A stretch of DNA of 64,000 nt from Paragordius varius (taxonomy: Eukaryota; Animalia; Nematomorpha): NCBI GenBank assembly GCA_964247055.1, contig OZ176053.1:6820001-6884000 (forward strand). Reading direction: 5' to 3'. This document shows positions 1-14,468 of this stretch, in pieces. The translations under genes were made by a program, and so were the position numbers. The notes beneath the pieces are model-generated. The model was not told where the DNA came from. It worked only from the letters and a program-made list of their open reading frames with translations, and searched no databases. Every line of letters starts with the position of its first letter. Position 1 is the first letter of the stretch.

Positions 1-321
1 ATTATTTAATTTTAATAATGACTAACATTATGTAGGTACTGTAAAATCTTTGTTATATATTGGACAGGAGCAGTAATCCAACTTAAATAAATTATAAAAA
101 TGATTATAAATAGATTATCGACTGCTATATGATACATTATTAAAGTATGATTAAATTAAGCAGGACACCTTCATATTCTAGGAAATCTATTTTAAATAAT
201 ATAATACAGGAATGATATGATATGTTAGTGCGATTGAAAATGTAAGGAAAATATAGAAATTATTTTTTAGGTAAACGAAAGTTTTCATATATCTAAATAG
301 AAAATAAAATAAGTAGCAAAC

Positions 322-1726
322 CTTTGTGAACCTTGGAGGTGGTCATCAATAGTTGGTAGAAGATCTCTAAAATATGGCTTAGTTGCTATGCAAAACAACT
401 GCATATGAATAATATTAATATAATAGGCCTCAGACAAAATTAAATTAATACAATATTATACCTTTGAATATTCTACTAAGAATTGCCTGTTTATTTTGTT
501 TAAGTCCTGTGTTTTGAAAGTGATCGTTTTTAGCAAAGCCTAAAAAAATAATATAAAAATGGTTAGGACATAAAGCGTTATTGAATATATCATTTAGCTT
601 GCCACTTTAATATATTTCAAAAATTATACACACATATATTGATAGCGTTAAAATGACTAAGGCAGACAATATTCTTTTCATGGTTATTCTTAGGGGCGTA
701 CCGAGGGGGGGCAAGTGGGTGCATTATGCCCCGGGCGCCGTTATTTAGGGGCGCCTAAATGATTTTTCAAAATTAAATTTTAATAATGCAAAAATAATAA
801 GAACTTTCAAATGAGATTTTTCAGCAATTTAGGTAATAATGCCTAAAATATATACTCTATTATTCACCTAATTACTACCATAAAACGAAAATATAATTTT
901 AATCAAAAATCTGGGAAATTATGTTTCAATAATATTTTTCATTTTTTATCGCAATTTAAAAATCCATATACACATTTTACATATACCATGATCCCCTAAT
1001 TTTGTATAAACTATTCATAATATGCCCCTGTTTTTTTAAAAAAAAATGTTTTATCCTATTTTGCACAAATAATGTTTTATGCCATACGCTACTCTGATAT
1101 AAAAATTTTATAAATGAGATCAGCAAACATTATGCAAACAACTTCAACTTTCATTTAAGTATTCCCTTCAAAATGTTCAAACTTATTTTTCAAAAAACGT
1201 TTCTTTATCACGCACATATTGTTAATTCTTTTATTGTCTTTATTCAATTATTTTAACTTCTTTCTCTGTTCAAAACCTTATTTCTTATGCTTATAATTTA
1301 TAATTGCTTTATTTTAATCATATTCAATTTCAAAACCCAATTTTATTTATTAATCCCCAAGATCATTCCATCTCTAACAAGGTAGGTTTTTATTATTAAT
1401 ATAACATTGTATTTTTTATAATTATTTTCATTTTTATCAGATATCAATGCCTAAACTCAGCGGTGCAAATAGGAAACGATAAATCCAGGAAGAGAATAAA
1501 ACAAATAAAATGGGAATAATTATGAAATCTTATTTAACGAAAATATCTGACCATAACATTGAAAAAGTGTATGCGACACAAACATGACGGTACCCTTTAA
1601 TAATAATAACTTAACTACACCTGTAACCCTAGTTATTGATCCAATAAATAGAGATGATAAAACTACTAATATACAATAAATAACTCCAAACGCTATACCT
1701 ATATAAATTAATGATGTCGCCTTTTT

Positions 1727-1764
<38 letters not shown>

Positions 1765-4700
1765 ATAGATTTAAAATTTATATGACTCTGCTGTCCTATC
1801 TATGGTGTTTAGGTTGCAATGTTTTTTGTTACTAAATTGTTTTATTGGCTTTTAAAAAGAGGATGGGGGCGCCATAAGATTTTATGTCCCGGGCGCCGCA
1901 AATGCTCGGTACGCCACTGGTTATTGTTTAAACTTCTCACACTTAAAGAGTATAACCGATTGAATGGGGTTTAGAAAACATATCCCTCGATTAGCCAAAA
2001 AAATTTCAGGGGTATTTAATAAGCAGAGGCGTAGCTAGGGTGAAGAAAGGGGGCTGATGCACCAGACGCCATGGTTAAATGCGGCAAAATTTTAATTTTA
2101 TTTCAAAAAATTAAAAATTTAAAAGTTATTGTTGTAAATAACGCATAAAAAATCACCCATTTATGAGTGGTTATGACCACGGTTATAATTACTTTTTGAA
2201 AATGCAAGGGGTTGCATGGATGGAAAGGGGGGCGCCGGATTCTTGCACCAGGCGCCATAAATGCAAGCTACGCCCTCTGATGCTCTCAAAAAATGGTTAA
2301 GTTTTATAACAATAATGCGGACCATAAAGATTTCTATGCCCATGAATATAAAAATGCACCAAAACTCCAAATTAAATATTAGTCCTCATGGTGTAGCACA
2401 AATAAATTATTCAAGATATTGAAAAATATATAATTTACATGGTATTATTGATTTTAAATTTCATCGTAAAATGTACCCTAAATCTTAATTTGTATTAAAA
2501 GTATGATGTGTATAAATTTTAATCCGTATTTTATGGTTTTACATATATACAAAAAATAGAAACGGAACCAGATTCGGTTCAAGTTTAGCTTTGATTTTTT
2601 ATACCTGGTCAGATTTTTGTTTCCATTTATTTTAGATCAATGGATTTAATTTTACACAAAAATTACGAGATATTCCCATATTTAATACAGAGGGAAGCCT
2701 TAAATCTATTAATTATCTACTACTATCAGTATATTTAAAGTAATATACTTAAATAAACTACATAAAAATAAGGTTACATTGTATTTGAAAAAAATGGCTT
2801 CGAACCGGAACTAAGTTCCACATTTTACAGGAGCCACCCTGTGTCCATTCACCTTTTTTTGCCCGTTTGAAATATCAGAACCGTTTTTGCAGTTAGTGTT
2901 AAATATAACTGGTAAAACACATAAATAAAAGTGTACCACTGATGTCCTTACTAGTTTGTGATACATCACTCATATCAATCTATGTTTATCTATAAAAGTT
3001 GTCTATTTCATATAAATTTCCATCTTCGTTAAAAAAATTGTAACAAATTTATATTATTATCATTATTATTTTTACTTGATAGGCGTTACGGAATCCATAA
3101 TAATCGGCCAATGATTCATCCAAAATGGCAATAGGTTTCTATCCAATTAAAAAAATATGTTTTAAATATTTTAATTACGAAAAAAGATATACACTTCATG
3201 ACCTTTTCATTTTTTTTATCCTCTATGACATTTCGGAATAGTGTTCCAACACAGAGCTTAAAGTAGTTGACAAAGTAATGGTTCGGTTAGAATTTAATAA
3301 TTAAACCTCTTTTAAATAAGTAATATAGAAATTTATTTAGTTTCTTTGATTTAGCTCAAATTTAATTGACATGATTGAATCGAACATATTAAAATAGATA
3401 ATTATCAAAAATCAAAGTTAATTATATACAATTTTCTTCCATAATAATTTAACGAATTTAAAGAAAAACCGAGAAGAAGTTTGAGATGGGGATTTTTTTT
3501 AATTTATTTTGTGAAAAAAACTAAAGATCGTATATTCTAATTTGGCCCAATGCTATAAAAATTTTAAGATATTTAAAATTTACTGGCCCTAGGTATAATT
3601 CCAAAAGGTCATAAAGTGTTAGTCGTTAAACAAATACATACATACCCCTTTAATATTTTGAGTGTAGGGTTTTATAAAACTTTTGAAGCAGTTGACGTGT
3701 CGGTTTACACCTTTATTTGTTGATTCTAAAATAACTAATAGATAAATATATATATTACATAACTTAACCAAATTTAATTTACTAAGTTATATTTAAAATA
3801 TTCATCAAAGGCTTTACTATTATTTACTGCATGTATCATTTCGTGTGAAATCAAAAATCCCAGTTTAGCAAATTTGGACACTTCCGATTCATTTGGATCG
3901 AAAAAATATCCTTGTAGCATCCCCAATCCCAAACCTAAACGAAAAAATATAAAATCATTCATTTCTAATAAAATATAATATGTTTTAATTTTGATCGCAA
4001 ATCAGCAAAAATTATTTAAATAAATGAATAAATTATCTGAAAATATATAAGGTTTTTAATAATTATATCCAATCAATTTTCTTTTGACCAATTAACTTTT
4101 TTAATTAGTCAAAGTCACATGATTCAAATCTATATCATTCGATTTTTGAGACCTGGTAGTATTTTTATTCGCAATCATAGAGGAAAAACTTAAAACGCTT
4201 TATTACCTTATGGGAATTTTTACCCAAACCATTTAAAATTTAAATCTAAATAATTTATATATATTATATACTTTGTGCAAAAAAGAGGGTCTGATTAAAT
4301 GAAAAATTTTTTTTTCATGAGATAGTTTATAACGAGCTAATTCAATTGACAACCTACTTTTTGAAATATTTAGAGAAAATCAAAATTGGGCAAAAAGTGA
4401 AAATTATGGATAATTAAGAATAATTCAAAAAATGATAAAAAATGAGATATTATGATTAATTAATATCTTTAAATAAATAACTTAAAATCATATAAATAGG
4501 GTATTTATAAAATCTCAGATCAAAAGATGGAGTTTTTCTTTTAACAGACTTAATCAAAACTTTTTTATGACACTATCATAAAATAATTTTGTTTAAATTA
4601 TTTAACTCACTATTCAAATCCTAACATTCATATTTTATTAAGTAAAAAAACTTCTACATCAAAATAAAACTAAGAAATATTGTTTTATATTTTTTCATTT

Positions 4701-7700
4701 TTACGTCATCTGGTTTATGAGTGTATGAATAATTTAAACTGTTTTATTTTGGATTATATGAGTAGGAGTTATAAAATATATAATTTATGCATAATAGCAT
4801 TTAAAAGTAGTGGAATATCAAACTATCCGTATAAATTTTTAACAGGTTTGTTTTAACACAAAGTAATATTCGGGATATGTACGGATATTTGGTTCAATTC
4901 TAATACTTTTAAATCCTATTTTGCATAAATTATATACTTTATAACTCCCACTCATGTAAGATTCCAAAATAAAACAGAAATTTTTCAGACACTCAAAAAC
5001 CAGATGGCAAAGAAATGAAAAAATAAAAAACAATATTTCTTAGTTTTATTTTGATATAAAAGTTTTACTGAATAAAATATGAATGTTAGATTTGAATAGT
5101 TAGTTTAACTATTAAATAATTAAAAAAATTATTTTATGATAGTTTCATAAAATTGACTCTTAAGTCTGATAAAAGAAAAACGCCATCTTTTGATCTGAGA
5201 TTTTATAGAAATCCTATTATATGATTTTAAGCTATTTATTTAAAGAAAATATCCCCTAATATGATAATTAATCATTATATCTCAACTTTTATCATTATTT
5301 TTTTAATTATCCATAATTTTCACATTTTGCCCAATTTTAATTTTCTCTGAATATTTCAAAAACTAGGTTGTTAATAAATAAAAAAAATTGCGGGAAATGA
5401 ATTAGCTCGTTATAAGCTATCTCATGAAAAAAAATTGTTTCATTAAAATTTTTTTGTACACAGTGTATATATAATGGAAAAAACTAATTCTTTCCCAAAA
5501 ATAACAAGATTTTAAAATAAATATATTTTACATATGGAAAGACTTATGTGTACCGCTGCCCCTCCGCTTTCTCATACCGAACAGTATTTCCACCACAGAC
5601 TATACTTTTATTAACAATGATTGAATTAGATGCTAAAGTACATTTATTTTACAAAGATAACTTAAAGGGTATTAAAAAGGAAATTTGATATTGGGTAGCC
5701 TACTATGTTAAATTCCCAATACTACTATTGTGCATAAAAGACCGATTTTCTTTTCAGAGATATATCAATCCCACAATAAACCGATTATTTTATTTTATAA
5801 TAGGCATTTGTTAAAATCAAAATTTATCTGTTCTCCATATCATTATGACATGAGCTTAAATCAGTAATTAATATAAATTTTTAACAAGAAAGATTGTTAA
5901 ATGAATATTTATTGTAGACACTGTTATTATTCAAAAAATTAGACTCTATACACTGTGCACAGAAAAATATTTTGATGAAACATATTTTCTGATGTTTATC
6001 CAAACTCTTATAAAGCTTTTGGTTTGGGCCTTAACAGTCATGTTTAAAAATATTTACAGTGTGTGGTAATTGCTCCTTAAAAAATTGAAAAATTTGCGCC
6101 CATCAGGTTAAATAATTCATTTTGGTGAAAGCTAAAAATGTATCATTCTTAATACAATATACTATATTTAATAGCAATATTTTTGTAAAATTTTATTCAG
6201 ATATGCCAAAGACTCAAATATTTGGCCTACCCATTCTCTTAAAAAACGTATAAATGTCGATTCGCGACAATTAATACCTTAGATTATGACATCAAATAAA
6301 TATAATGAAATGTGCACACTTAGAAATTTATAAGCTAAATTTGATTAATCTTATTCTATGGTATAGAGCATTTATTGATCCCTTGGTCTTAAAATTTAAA
6401 TAAATATTTGTAAAATATATTTAATATTTACTATAAATTTGAGGACAATGATATCTTTTAAACCAAAATCTGAGATGGTCATAAAGGTGGGCATTATCGA
6501 ATTATATAAAATGTTTTTATAATATCTTAAAGGGCTACCGTTTTCAGAATGCTCCGAAATTCCATAAAATACGGTTTATCTTTACTAAGAATATAATTTT
6601 CAACAAAGTATGTATTTTTTCAAATTATGCTGTCATAATCTAGCATATAAAAAAATCTTATCTCAAATCTCGACATTTTTGTTCATTTAAAAAAAATTGA
6701 AGGTTTCGGATCCCACATCTGAAAATTTTTGATACTAAATATATTAAGTGGAATCAAGCCTATTAGCTTCACAAAAAAATAACAATATATAGGCAATTTT
6801 TGCCATATTCTGATATGTAGGGATTTCTCATCCGTATGGATGACCTGATACATTTATCTAACAGTTATATTTTATTAAAATATTTTTAATACCCACCGAT
6901 TTTGTGTACTAAGTAGATTCTTTTAATATAAAATATGTATGAAATTTCTAAAATCTATTTAAGCAAATACCGATTTTGTTTGTATTGTTTTCGTAAAATG
7001 CACCATATAAGTCGTTTGTATCAACTGTTGGTATTCTAAGGATTAAGAGAGTGAGAAATATTTAAAAAATCATTTACAAATATTAAAAGTAAAATAGCAC
7101 AATAAATATTTAAATTTTACAGAAAAAGTAAACACACAAAAACAAATTTTTTTCAGAAAATCGCTGTAGTCTTTGAAACCCGAGTTTTTTTAGGTTTAAC
7201 CCGTTTTGTGAAATGCAATGTAGAAATAGAGAAGCAAATTAATATTACAATTAATAATATTTTTATAATTAAAATTAAATAATTTATGTAAAAATATTAG
7301 GGTTAAAAAAAGTATTGTTATCTTATGAAAAAATTTCCCTATGTTATTCCGTTCTGTCTGTATTTTTTACGCTTTAGATCCTTAATTGAAAATGTTTAAT
7401 ATATTGCAAGTTGAAAACAAGACTTTTGAAGGTAAATGGATCTTACTACGAATCAGCCAAAACTGTAATCAAAATAAAAATATATTATCAACTCTATCAA
7501 TTTAACGAAAAATGCATTTTTCAAGCCAAATAAAGAAATATCACAAAAGGGTCCTGCCTGTTTTTAGAAAGAAGTCTATACCCATTAATATTTTTTTATA
7601 AGGAACGTTCAAAACAACTACCGGCCTTTCATCAAATCAAACTTCCAAAAATCATAAATTAGTTCCAATACTGTACATAAAATTTGTTTACATTATTATA

Positions 7701-8126
7701 TTTAAGCTTGTACTCGTATAGGCACTACTTCTGAATTTTGATCCCATAATGATAATTAGGTATAAAATGATAAAAAAAAATGTTTCACCTATCAATATGT
7801 TATTATAATAAATACCTTACATTTTAGTATAATTATAAAAACTTACGATTTTCTCAATATTTGGATGTTGTAATCGTAGTCATTTATTCGAAGGTTAATC
7901 TAGTATAATTATAATTGGAATGCTATTAATAAATGTTTACTATCAATATATACTCTTTCATATGATCTTAAATACGATTAGAACATATAAAATTGAAATT
8001 ATTACGAAATACTTTATCCTTTTAGTAATTTAACAAATATTTTGAAAATGATTCTGGCTAAGCGAGCGTTTTGGGCATAAATCTCATATTTAATAAAAAA
8101 TAATTGGCTGTAATTAATTAAATTCA

Positions 8127-8163
<37 letters not shown>

Positions 8164-11100
8164 CCATATATTGAGTTAGTTATTAATAACTTAATATAAT
8201 ATACTATTAATAACATTTTTTTTGCCGTTTACTAGCAAATCACTTGTCAAAGAGGACTTATAGAATGATAAAAAATGGTTATGCCGATGTTCATTTTTTG
8301 ATAATTTAGGAAGCATGAATACTTCAAACAAACAGTATATATTTTTAACTCTCATCAAATGTTACAATAAAAAATGTCAAAATGTATATGATATATTTGA
8401 AAAATATTTAACCTTTTCGTATTTCATCCTTTTGGCCTTTTGATTATGTACCGAGAATTTTGGAAACGTTTCAAGTTTTATAGAATTGAGCTGTGTAAAA
8501 TTTAAGGTTAGAAATGTTTATTATTCATTATCCAGTAAAAAAGCAATAAAAAGATTCTATTTTTCCGTCGGAAAAAAATACATTTTGATGGCACATTATT
8601 AAAAATATTAATATAATGCCATAACCTATGACTACTGTTTGATATATATATATATATAATATATTGTGAAAACCAATCTTAATAGAATGTTTCAAATTTA
8701 ATTGAAATAAAAATATTATCTATAAATATATTTTGTTTGAAAAACCCAAATTTATGAATACGCTGTTTTCAAAATCCAAAAAATGAGTAATTCATTTAGA
8801 AAAATTTAGAAACGTAAAATGTAAATCGGGGTACTCTGTTAGTATAACTAATAATAGAGTAAACGCTAAAGTTTTTTTACTGACCTATACCTCCGGATAG
8901 ATAAACAAAGGAGCGGTGGAAATATTAAAAGCTTTAAAATTGGTTTTGTTTTACTATTGAATCAATCAAAGTAAATTATTCAAACGATTTTATATCTTAC
9001 CTGTTGGTAGAGCGAAAAAATATTAATTGATTTCCATAAGTATAGTATATCATTTATAAAATTATAAGGTTCTAATATAAAGCTCATTAAATAATATTTA
9101 TAACATTTTAAATAATTCTCTTTTCAAAATCCATCAAAACTTCAAAGACATTTATTTTTAACATTATCACTGAAGTTATTCAGTTTATATCATTCTTATT
9201 AATATTATCATCATAAATATGACAATTAGGGGTACTTAATGTTTAAAAAGCTATTTAAAATATTTGGTATTTTTCATTTTTTGCATTCATTTCTCTCATA
9301 TGACGCTATACAGTTCTCCCAAGTGTACAAACGGATCATTTTACAAATTATGAGTGATGTTTTTTGGGATCACTACGACATTGATAAGCTTTGCCAAAAT
9401 CGGAATCGTTTTATTTTAATTAAAATGAAGGCTAATAAAGGTATCTACCGAATTGCTATGTTTAATTCGTTAATGTGACCAAATTCAAATTTTTAAAATG
9501 AGCTACAGTAATTTATCACAGGCTACCTTTCTTCAAATTACTGTAAATAAAAATCATATCCATATATAAGTTTAAAATGGTATCAAAACTATAAATGATC
9601 ATTAAAATATATGAAAAGTTTTTGAAATCCTTGAAACCACGTTCCTTTCAAAAACATTTCATAAGCGATATCCAATTGTTTGGTTTTAAAACGGTTTCAA
9701 GAAGATTCACATTTCAGTTCCAGTTTAAAGCTATGAATGACTGTTTAAATGATGACTTGTGAGAAAAATACCATTATAAGATATTTAATGTTTTTAGAAT
9801 TTGTTATTTTTTGTGTGGACTTTATAAGAATATGTTTGCTTAAAATTTGTATTAAAGTTAGGGTTGTATTAACAACCATGAGAGCTTAGATTAAAATAAA
9901 TCAATTAATATCGCAATCGAAAAATATGTGTAAACCTTGTTTAATATTTTTCCTTGAATGGACGGAGGCAAATGGATACTTTCATTTATCGTGTGCATGA
10001 CCTCCCTTCTTAAAGCGTTAAATAATTGATTGACCTAAGTCCAATTAAAAGATATTAGTTAAGTACTGTGTGATAATTAACAAAGGTAAACTATAATATA
10101 TGTAATTAACAGATACGATAGTTTAAATCAGGGTTGCTCCCTAAAAAATTTTAAAGGGCCAAAAAAATATTTTTATTGTCTCAAAGGCCATGATACCGAT
10201 AAAATTTTCATAGCTGTTTATGCACATATTTTCCAAATAGGTACATCAAAAATTAAAAAAGGGCCCCGCACGCGTCCCGTAGGCCGCAGTTTAAAAATCG
10301 CTGGTCAAAACAATAGTAAAAAATGTGTGTATTACTTGAACTATTTGATTCTTTGAATTAAGGACTTGATAGGCTATATTTATAAAGATATCTGGAAAAT
10401 GGTTTTCTGTTACATAATTACAATAATGTGGATGTTCGCTAATTTCAGTACATGCGTTAATGTATGGGCAAATCAAATCTTGATAGTATTGAGAGTTTTT
10501 TGTTTGGACATACCGTGTATTAAGTATCAAATGATTGTAAATAAGGTAGAGGTACATAGTTCTAATAACAATTAATCAATATGCAAATATGCCGGTCTAA
10601 CTGCTTATGATTATGGAGTTAATACAAACCATAATGAGAAATATATTTTGTGACTAAAGAAATTTTATATAACCATATGCAAATTAAGATAGAGCGATCT
10701 TATATTATTAATGTAAGAGTTTCGAATACAGAAAATTTATGAATAATTATTAATTCAAAATCTGACTTATTATTTTAAATTTTTTACCACTACTTTTTTT
10801 ATATCCGCGATAATTATTACATTGTGAAATATAACAAGTTATTTTGATAAGCCTAGAGCACGGTCATGAAGGTGCATTTATAACCGCTGAGAAAAACCCT
10901 ATATTTTATTATATTAGTAGATGGTTTTAGATTCCGTCGAAACTGACTTTGTATATTATGTAATATGCTCATATACTTAAATATAGTTAAATTAAAAAAT
11001 TTTAAGAATGCATATGTGTTGATATGCTTTAGACTTTTTTAAATTCAACAAACACTATATTTAAAATATATGTTACAATCGAAAATAGCATAAGACTAAA

Positions 11101-12935
11101 CCTTATTCCAGACCAGCTACTTAAATATTTATTCTGAAGCAAATGATGGATCTTGGTTAGATATCTGATGGGAACTTCAATAGATGAAATATTGAAACGG
11201 TTTATATCATCCAAGTATGACTGAAACTAAAAAATTATAAAATAAGAAAATTAGAGGAAACAATATATTACAAATTTCATGGTTAATATTAATTATCCCG
11301 TTTTTCTTATAATATTATCAAACCAGAGGAAAATCTCGGATAAAACTGAGGGCTTTTTTGTAATTTTTCGATTCATCATATACGGTGGCCTTTCTAATCT
11401 AAATGATTACAACAATTATGAGAATGATATCTAAAATTGAACAAAATGATGACCAAGTCAATATTAAACGCGATTGGGCAATTATTTTTTATAACACTTA
11501 ATGTGCTTTTTTATTTTAAATTTTTTTCATCTATTCGATGAGTAATGTGCATTTTATAATAACTTTTTGACCATATATTATGTATGGTTATTATGGGGAT
11601 ATAACAAATTACCTAAATTTAAATAATTAAATTCAGGGAGGTACGACCCGCTTTTTTGGGTATGGAAAAGTGATCTAAAAATGTTTAAAAAAATAAAAAT
11701 TTGTTTTCAATCAATTTACGATTATTTAGAAAATATGCCAGCATCTAAAATTTGCAAAAAAATTAAACCCAAAAATTATCAAAGCAGCCGCGAAGATATT
11801 TGTGCTAAACACCCCCTGAGCTTAGTTTAAGGTGACCTTGGAAAGTTGAAAGAAAAATATATTGAACTTATTAGCGATAGGGGGAGAAATTCTTAGGGAT
11901 GTTTTAACAAATTAAACTTATCCATCTCATTTATTGCGTAATACTATTATCCCTTTACACTTTTGAAAATGGATACCATAGAATGTTCCCGTTCCAAATC
12001 TATTATTGATTTTGCGTCGATTGAGGTGAAGCCCAATGGTGATAGAAGACTGGTGAGATATGCTTTGTAATTCTTCATAATGGTAGAATCGGCAAAAAAT
12101 TTGGGCTCAGACATATGAAGTTTTGGGTATTTTAAAGATAATGTCCCAATCAATGTTTCAAATTGGCCTATAAGTTTTTCAACAATAACCTCCTTAACAT
12201 TTGTATTTATAATCAGATTATTATTATTATTATTGTGTCTTTTTTGTTGACCATTAAGCCACATATCAAGATTAAGAGCCAGATTGAAGGAATTTGTATT
12301 ATTTTTGGAGGAACGGGTGAAAACAGGTTTAGTTTCCGGGTATAACTCAAATGATTTAAAAATATCTGCATAATTTATAGGTCGTCTAGTTTGCCATTTT
12401 CGAGTTTGACATGATCGATAAAAAGTATGCATCAATTTTTCAAAGGGGTTCCGGTCATTTTCATGTTTGTTAACCAAATAATCTATCATTTGTGGTAATA
12501 TCATATAAAACTTAATGAATGATATGATATGCATTTAAATATAACTAAGATAAGAGATTTTTATCCCAAATTCGTATAAAAATATTACCAAAAACATCCT
12601 TGTTAATACTCTTAGCTATTTTAGTAAATTGATCTCCGCTTTTTTCACCAGGAGAAAAGTTGTAATCGAAATCTTTGCAACTATAATCATGAAAATTTAC
12701 ACATGGGTTGGCGATTGTTCCCAATTGTGATGGTAATGACAAAAGACCTGAAAAATATAAAAAAATTGCAAATTAGATTGGTGTGATAAATGTAAGATAG
12801 ATAGATATATTATTTATTATATAATATAAAAACCTTTAAAAAATTACCTGGTATTTTTTCAACAAATGCCAAATAGTATATAATGGAGAAAATGTAATTA
12901 TAACGAATAAATCTATTCAAGATTGAATCGGTCAT
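322..12935 (-). CDS. M13 (neprilysin-family) metallopeptidase gene 1; 15 of 16 exons in window, last exon off the left edge
   Basis: Exons (minus strand, GT-AG, phases compatible): 12848-12935, 12589-12747, 11977-12482, 11324-11398, 11102-11220, 10336-10561, 9936-10034, 8413-8490, 7847-7899, 6971-7035, 3818-3934, 3646-3734, 3076-3138, 462-539, 322-398. Motifs: NPCVNFHDYSC (cf. DPCxDFYxYAC), FYRSC, GAFY..NTNKI, GMLQGYFF..GFLISHEMIH (HExxH), LDESLADYYG (cf. GENIAD), DDHLQGSQR (cf. DxHSPxxxR). Confidence 0.85.
691..1919 (+). mobile_element. Internally deleted hAT-type DNA transposon in gene 1 intron 13
   Basis: TIRs TAGGGGCGTACCGAG / CTCGGTACGCCACTG. 8-bp TSD GTTATTCT (683-690) / GTTATTGT (1920-1927). 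The paralogous site near 29440 is empty. There is a remnant MPKLSGANRKR at 1447, resembling the SGAxKRK start of hAT transposases. Confidence 0.85.
1730..1762. repeat. (TA)n microsatellite
   Basis: Direct reading. Others lie at ~8130-8159, ~14047-14084, ~17813-17830 and ~23712-23736. Confidence 0.95.
2024..2279. mobile_element. Small MITE with CAGAGGCGTAG termini, shared with gene 2 (29094-29335)
   Basis: Terminal inverted repeats are present in both arms at the equivalent position. No clear TSD. Confidence 0.6.
4271..5465. mobile_element. Almost fully palindromic ~1.2-kb TIR element (family X, CACTGTG termini, TA-rich target)
   Basis: Two ~560-bp inverted arms meet near 4835-4870, and the right end is GTACACAGTG followed by TA. 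It is absent from the paralogous TA-rich site near 26420-26440. Confidence 0.8.
10129..10303. mobile_element. Small hAT/Charlie-like MITE in intron 6 (mirror copy 21569-21743)
   Basis: CAGGGTTG..GGCCGCAGTTTAAAAATCGCTG ends. Flanks GTTTAAAT / GTCAAAAC match at only 5 of 8 positions. Confidence 0.5.
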
Positions 12936-14044
12936 TTATTTTAATATTTAATGATAAAAAGAAATTTTAAATTACTTTTTAAATTTGAATCAATGTTTTT
13001 ATAGTAAAATACCTGAGGTATTCTAAGAAAAGGTCTTATGATTTTTTAAAAAATAATTATGTGTAGTTAAATTTTCGTTCATTCGAAATCAGTTAAACCT
13101 TTTACGATTAGCTAGGGCATTTTAATGTAAAAAATTATAGTTTATTTAACTAAAACAATTTTGCCTTTAGGCAAAATGGATTTCCAAAAAAAATCATACT
13201 TTTTCTTAAATGATATAATTTTTATTATGTAGAAAGATGCCATAAGGGTAAGGAAAACGAGTTATTTATGATTTAAAAAATGGTGTCATAAATATAAAAC
13301 TCTGATGAAATTAAATTTTTGGTTTTTTAGATTGAATTCGAATACATTCCCACATGATAAATATTCATAAAAACAACCTATATCTTATGTTTATTTTATT
13401 CAAGAATCAAAAAATTTTGGTTTTTAATAGCACGCTCCCCTTTCAATCATAGAAAATTTAAACATAAAAAGTGTGTTTGACAAAAAGCCAAATATATTTT
13501 TATGAGAACTGTATATGTACAGTTTTAACAATATATGCTATAATTATATGTGAAGTAAGCATACATATAAAAATCCAGTATTCCTGTCGGTATCTTCAAT
13601 TTAAAATTTGAATGAAATTTCAAATCAACTTATAAAATTAGACTTCAATGATTTCAACGAATAATGTTTTTTTATAAAGTTGGTCAATCAATATATTTTC
13701 AGTTTCAAGAAGAAAAATTAAGGCTTATTTTTTTCACGTTTATTAAGCAAAATCTAATTTTTTAAATATATATCAAGTACAAATGGTTGCAATATATGAA
13801 AAAAATAATAAGTAACGTAGGACAGCAAATATTACAAAAAAGAAAACTTATCAAAATGGTAAATATTTAGTAAGCTACTTTAAATTAACCTTTTCTCGAT
13901 TAAAAATAATTTGATTTTCGTTTCCAACCGATTCCACATTTTAGTTCCTGAATTTTTATAGTCATAATTAAAGATATAAAATTAATAATTAAAAATTTGT
14001 TTTATAGCCTATTAAATTTAATATATATTTGTTAAAAAATTATG

Positions 14045-14090
<46 letters not shown>

Positions 14091-14468
14091 TTGGAATATT
14101 TAACTTCTCACCCCTTATGTTTTATTGAAAAGAAAATCGGTTTGTTAACTATCCTATAAGCTATATAGTGTTATTGGTTCTTTGACAAAGTAGACAAAAA
14201 GATCTAAAATCGTTCAAAACATAATAGATATTTGATGAAAGCAGAATAAAAACTAAATATTAATAAACAAATGTTTTTATTTTGCTGCTCTTTATTTAAA
14301 ACTAATTATTTAATGAAATATAATTACATAAAATTATTTCAAAAAGAATTTTATATTTTGGTAATCATAACTTTTATTTAGCTTTAAGTTGGCTGTCATA
14401 CTCATTAGACATATTAAATTCAATAATAAGATAATTTCAATAAATGAACATAAATTTTATATATGCAG

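Noticed and set aside
9239-9478. Track ORFs such as 9239-9478/22394-22633, 10366-10575, 12163-12345, 27632-27871, 40311-40589, 40900-41226 and 42278-42625 as genes
   Set aside because: They are antisense shadows of real exons or the LINE, or low-complexity AT-rich frames with no recognisable motif.
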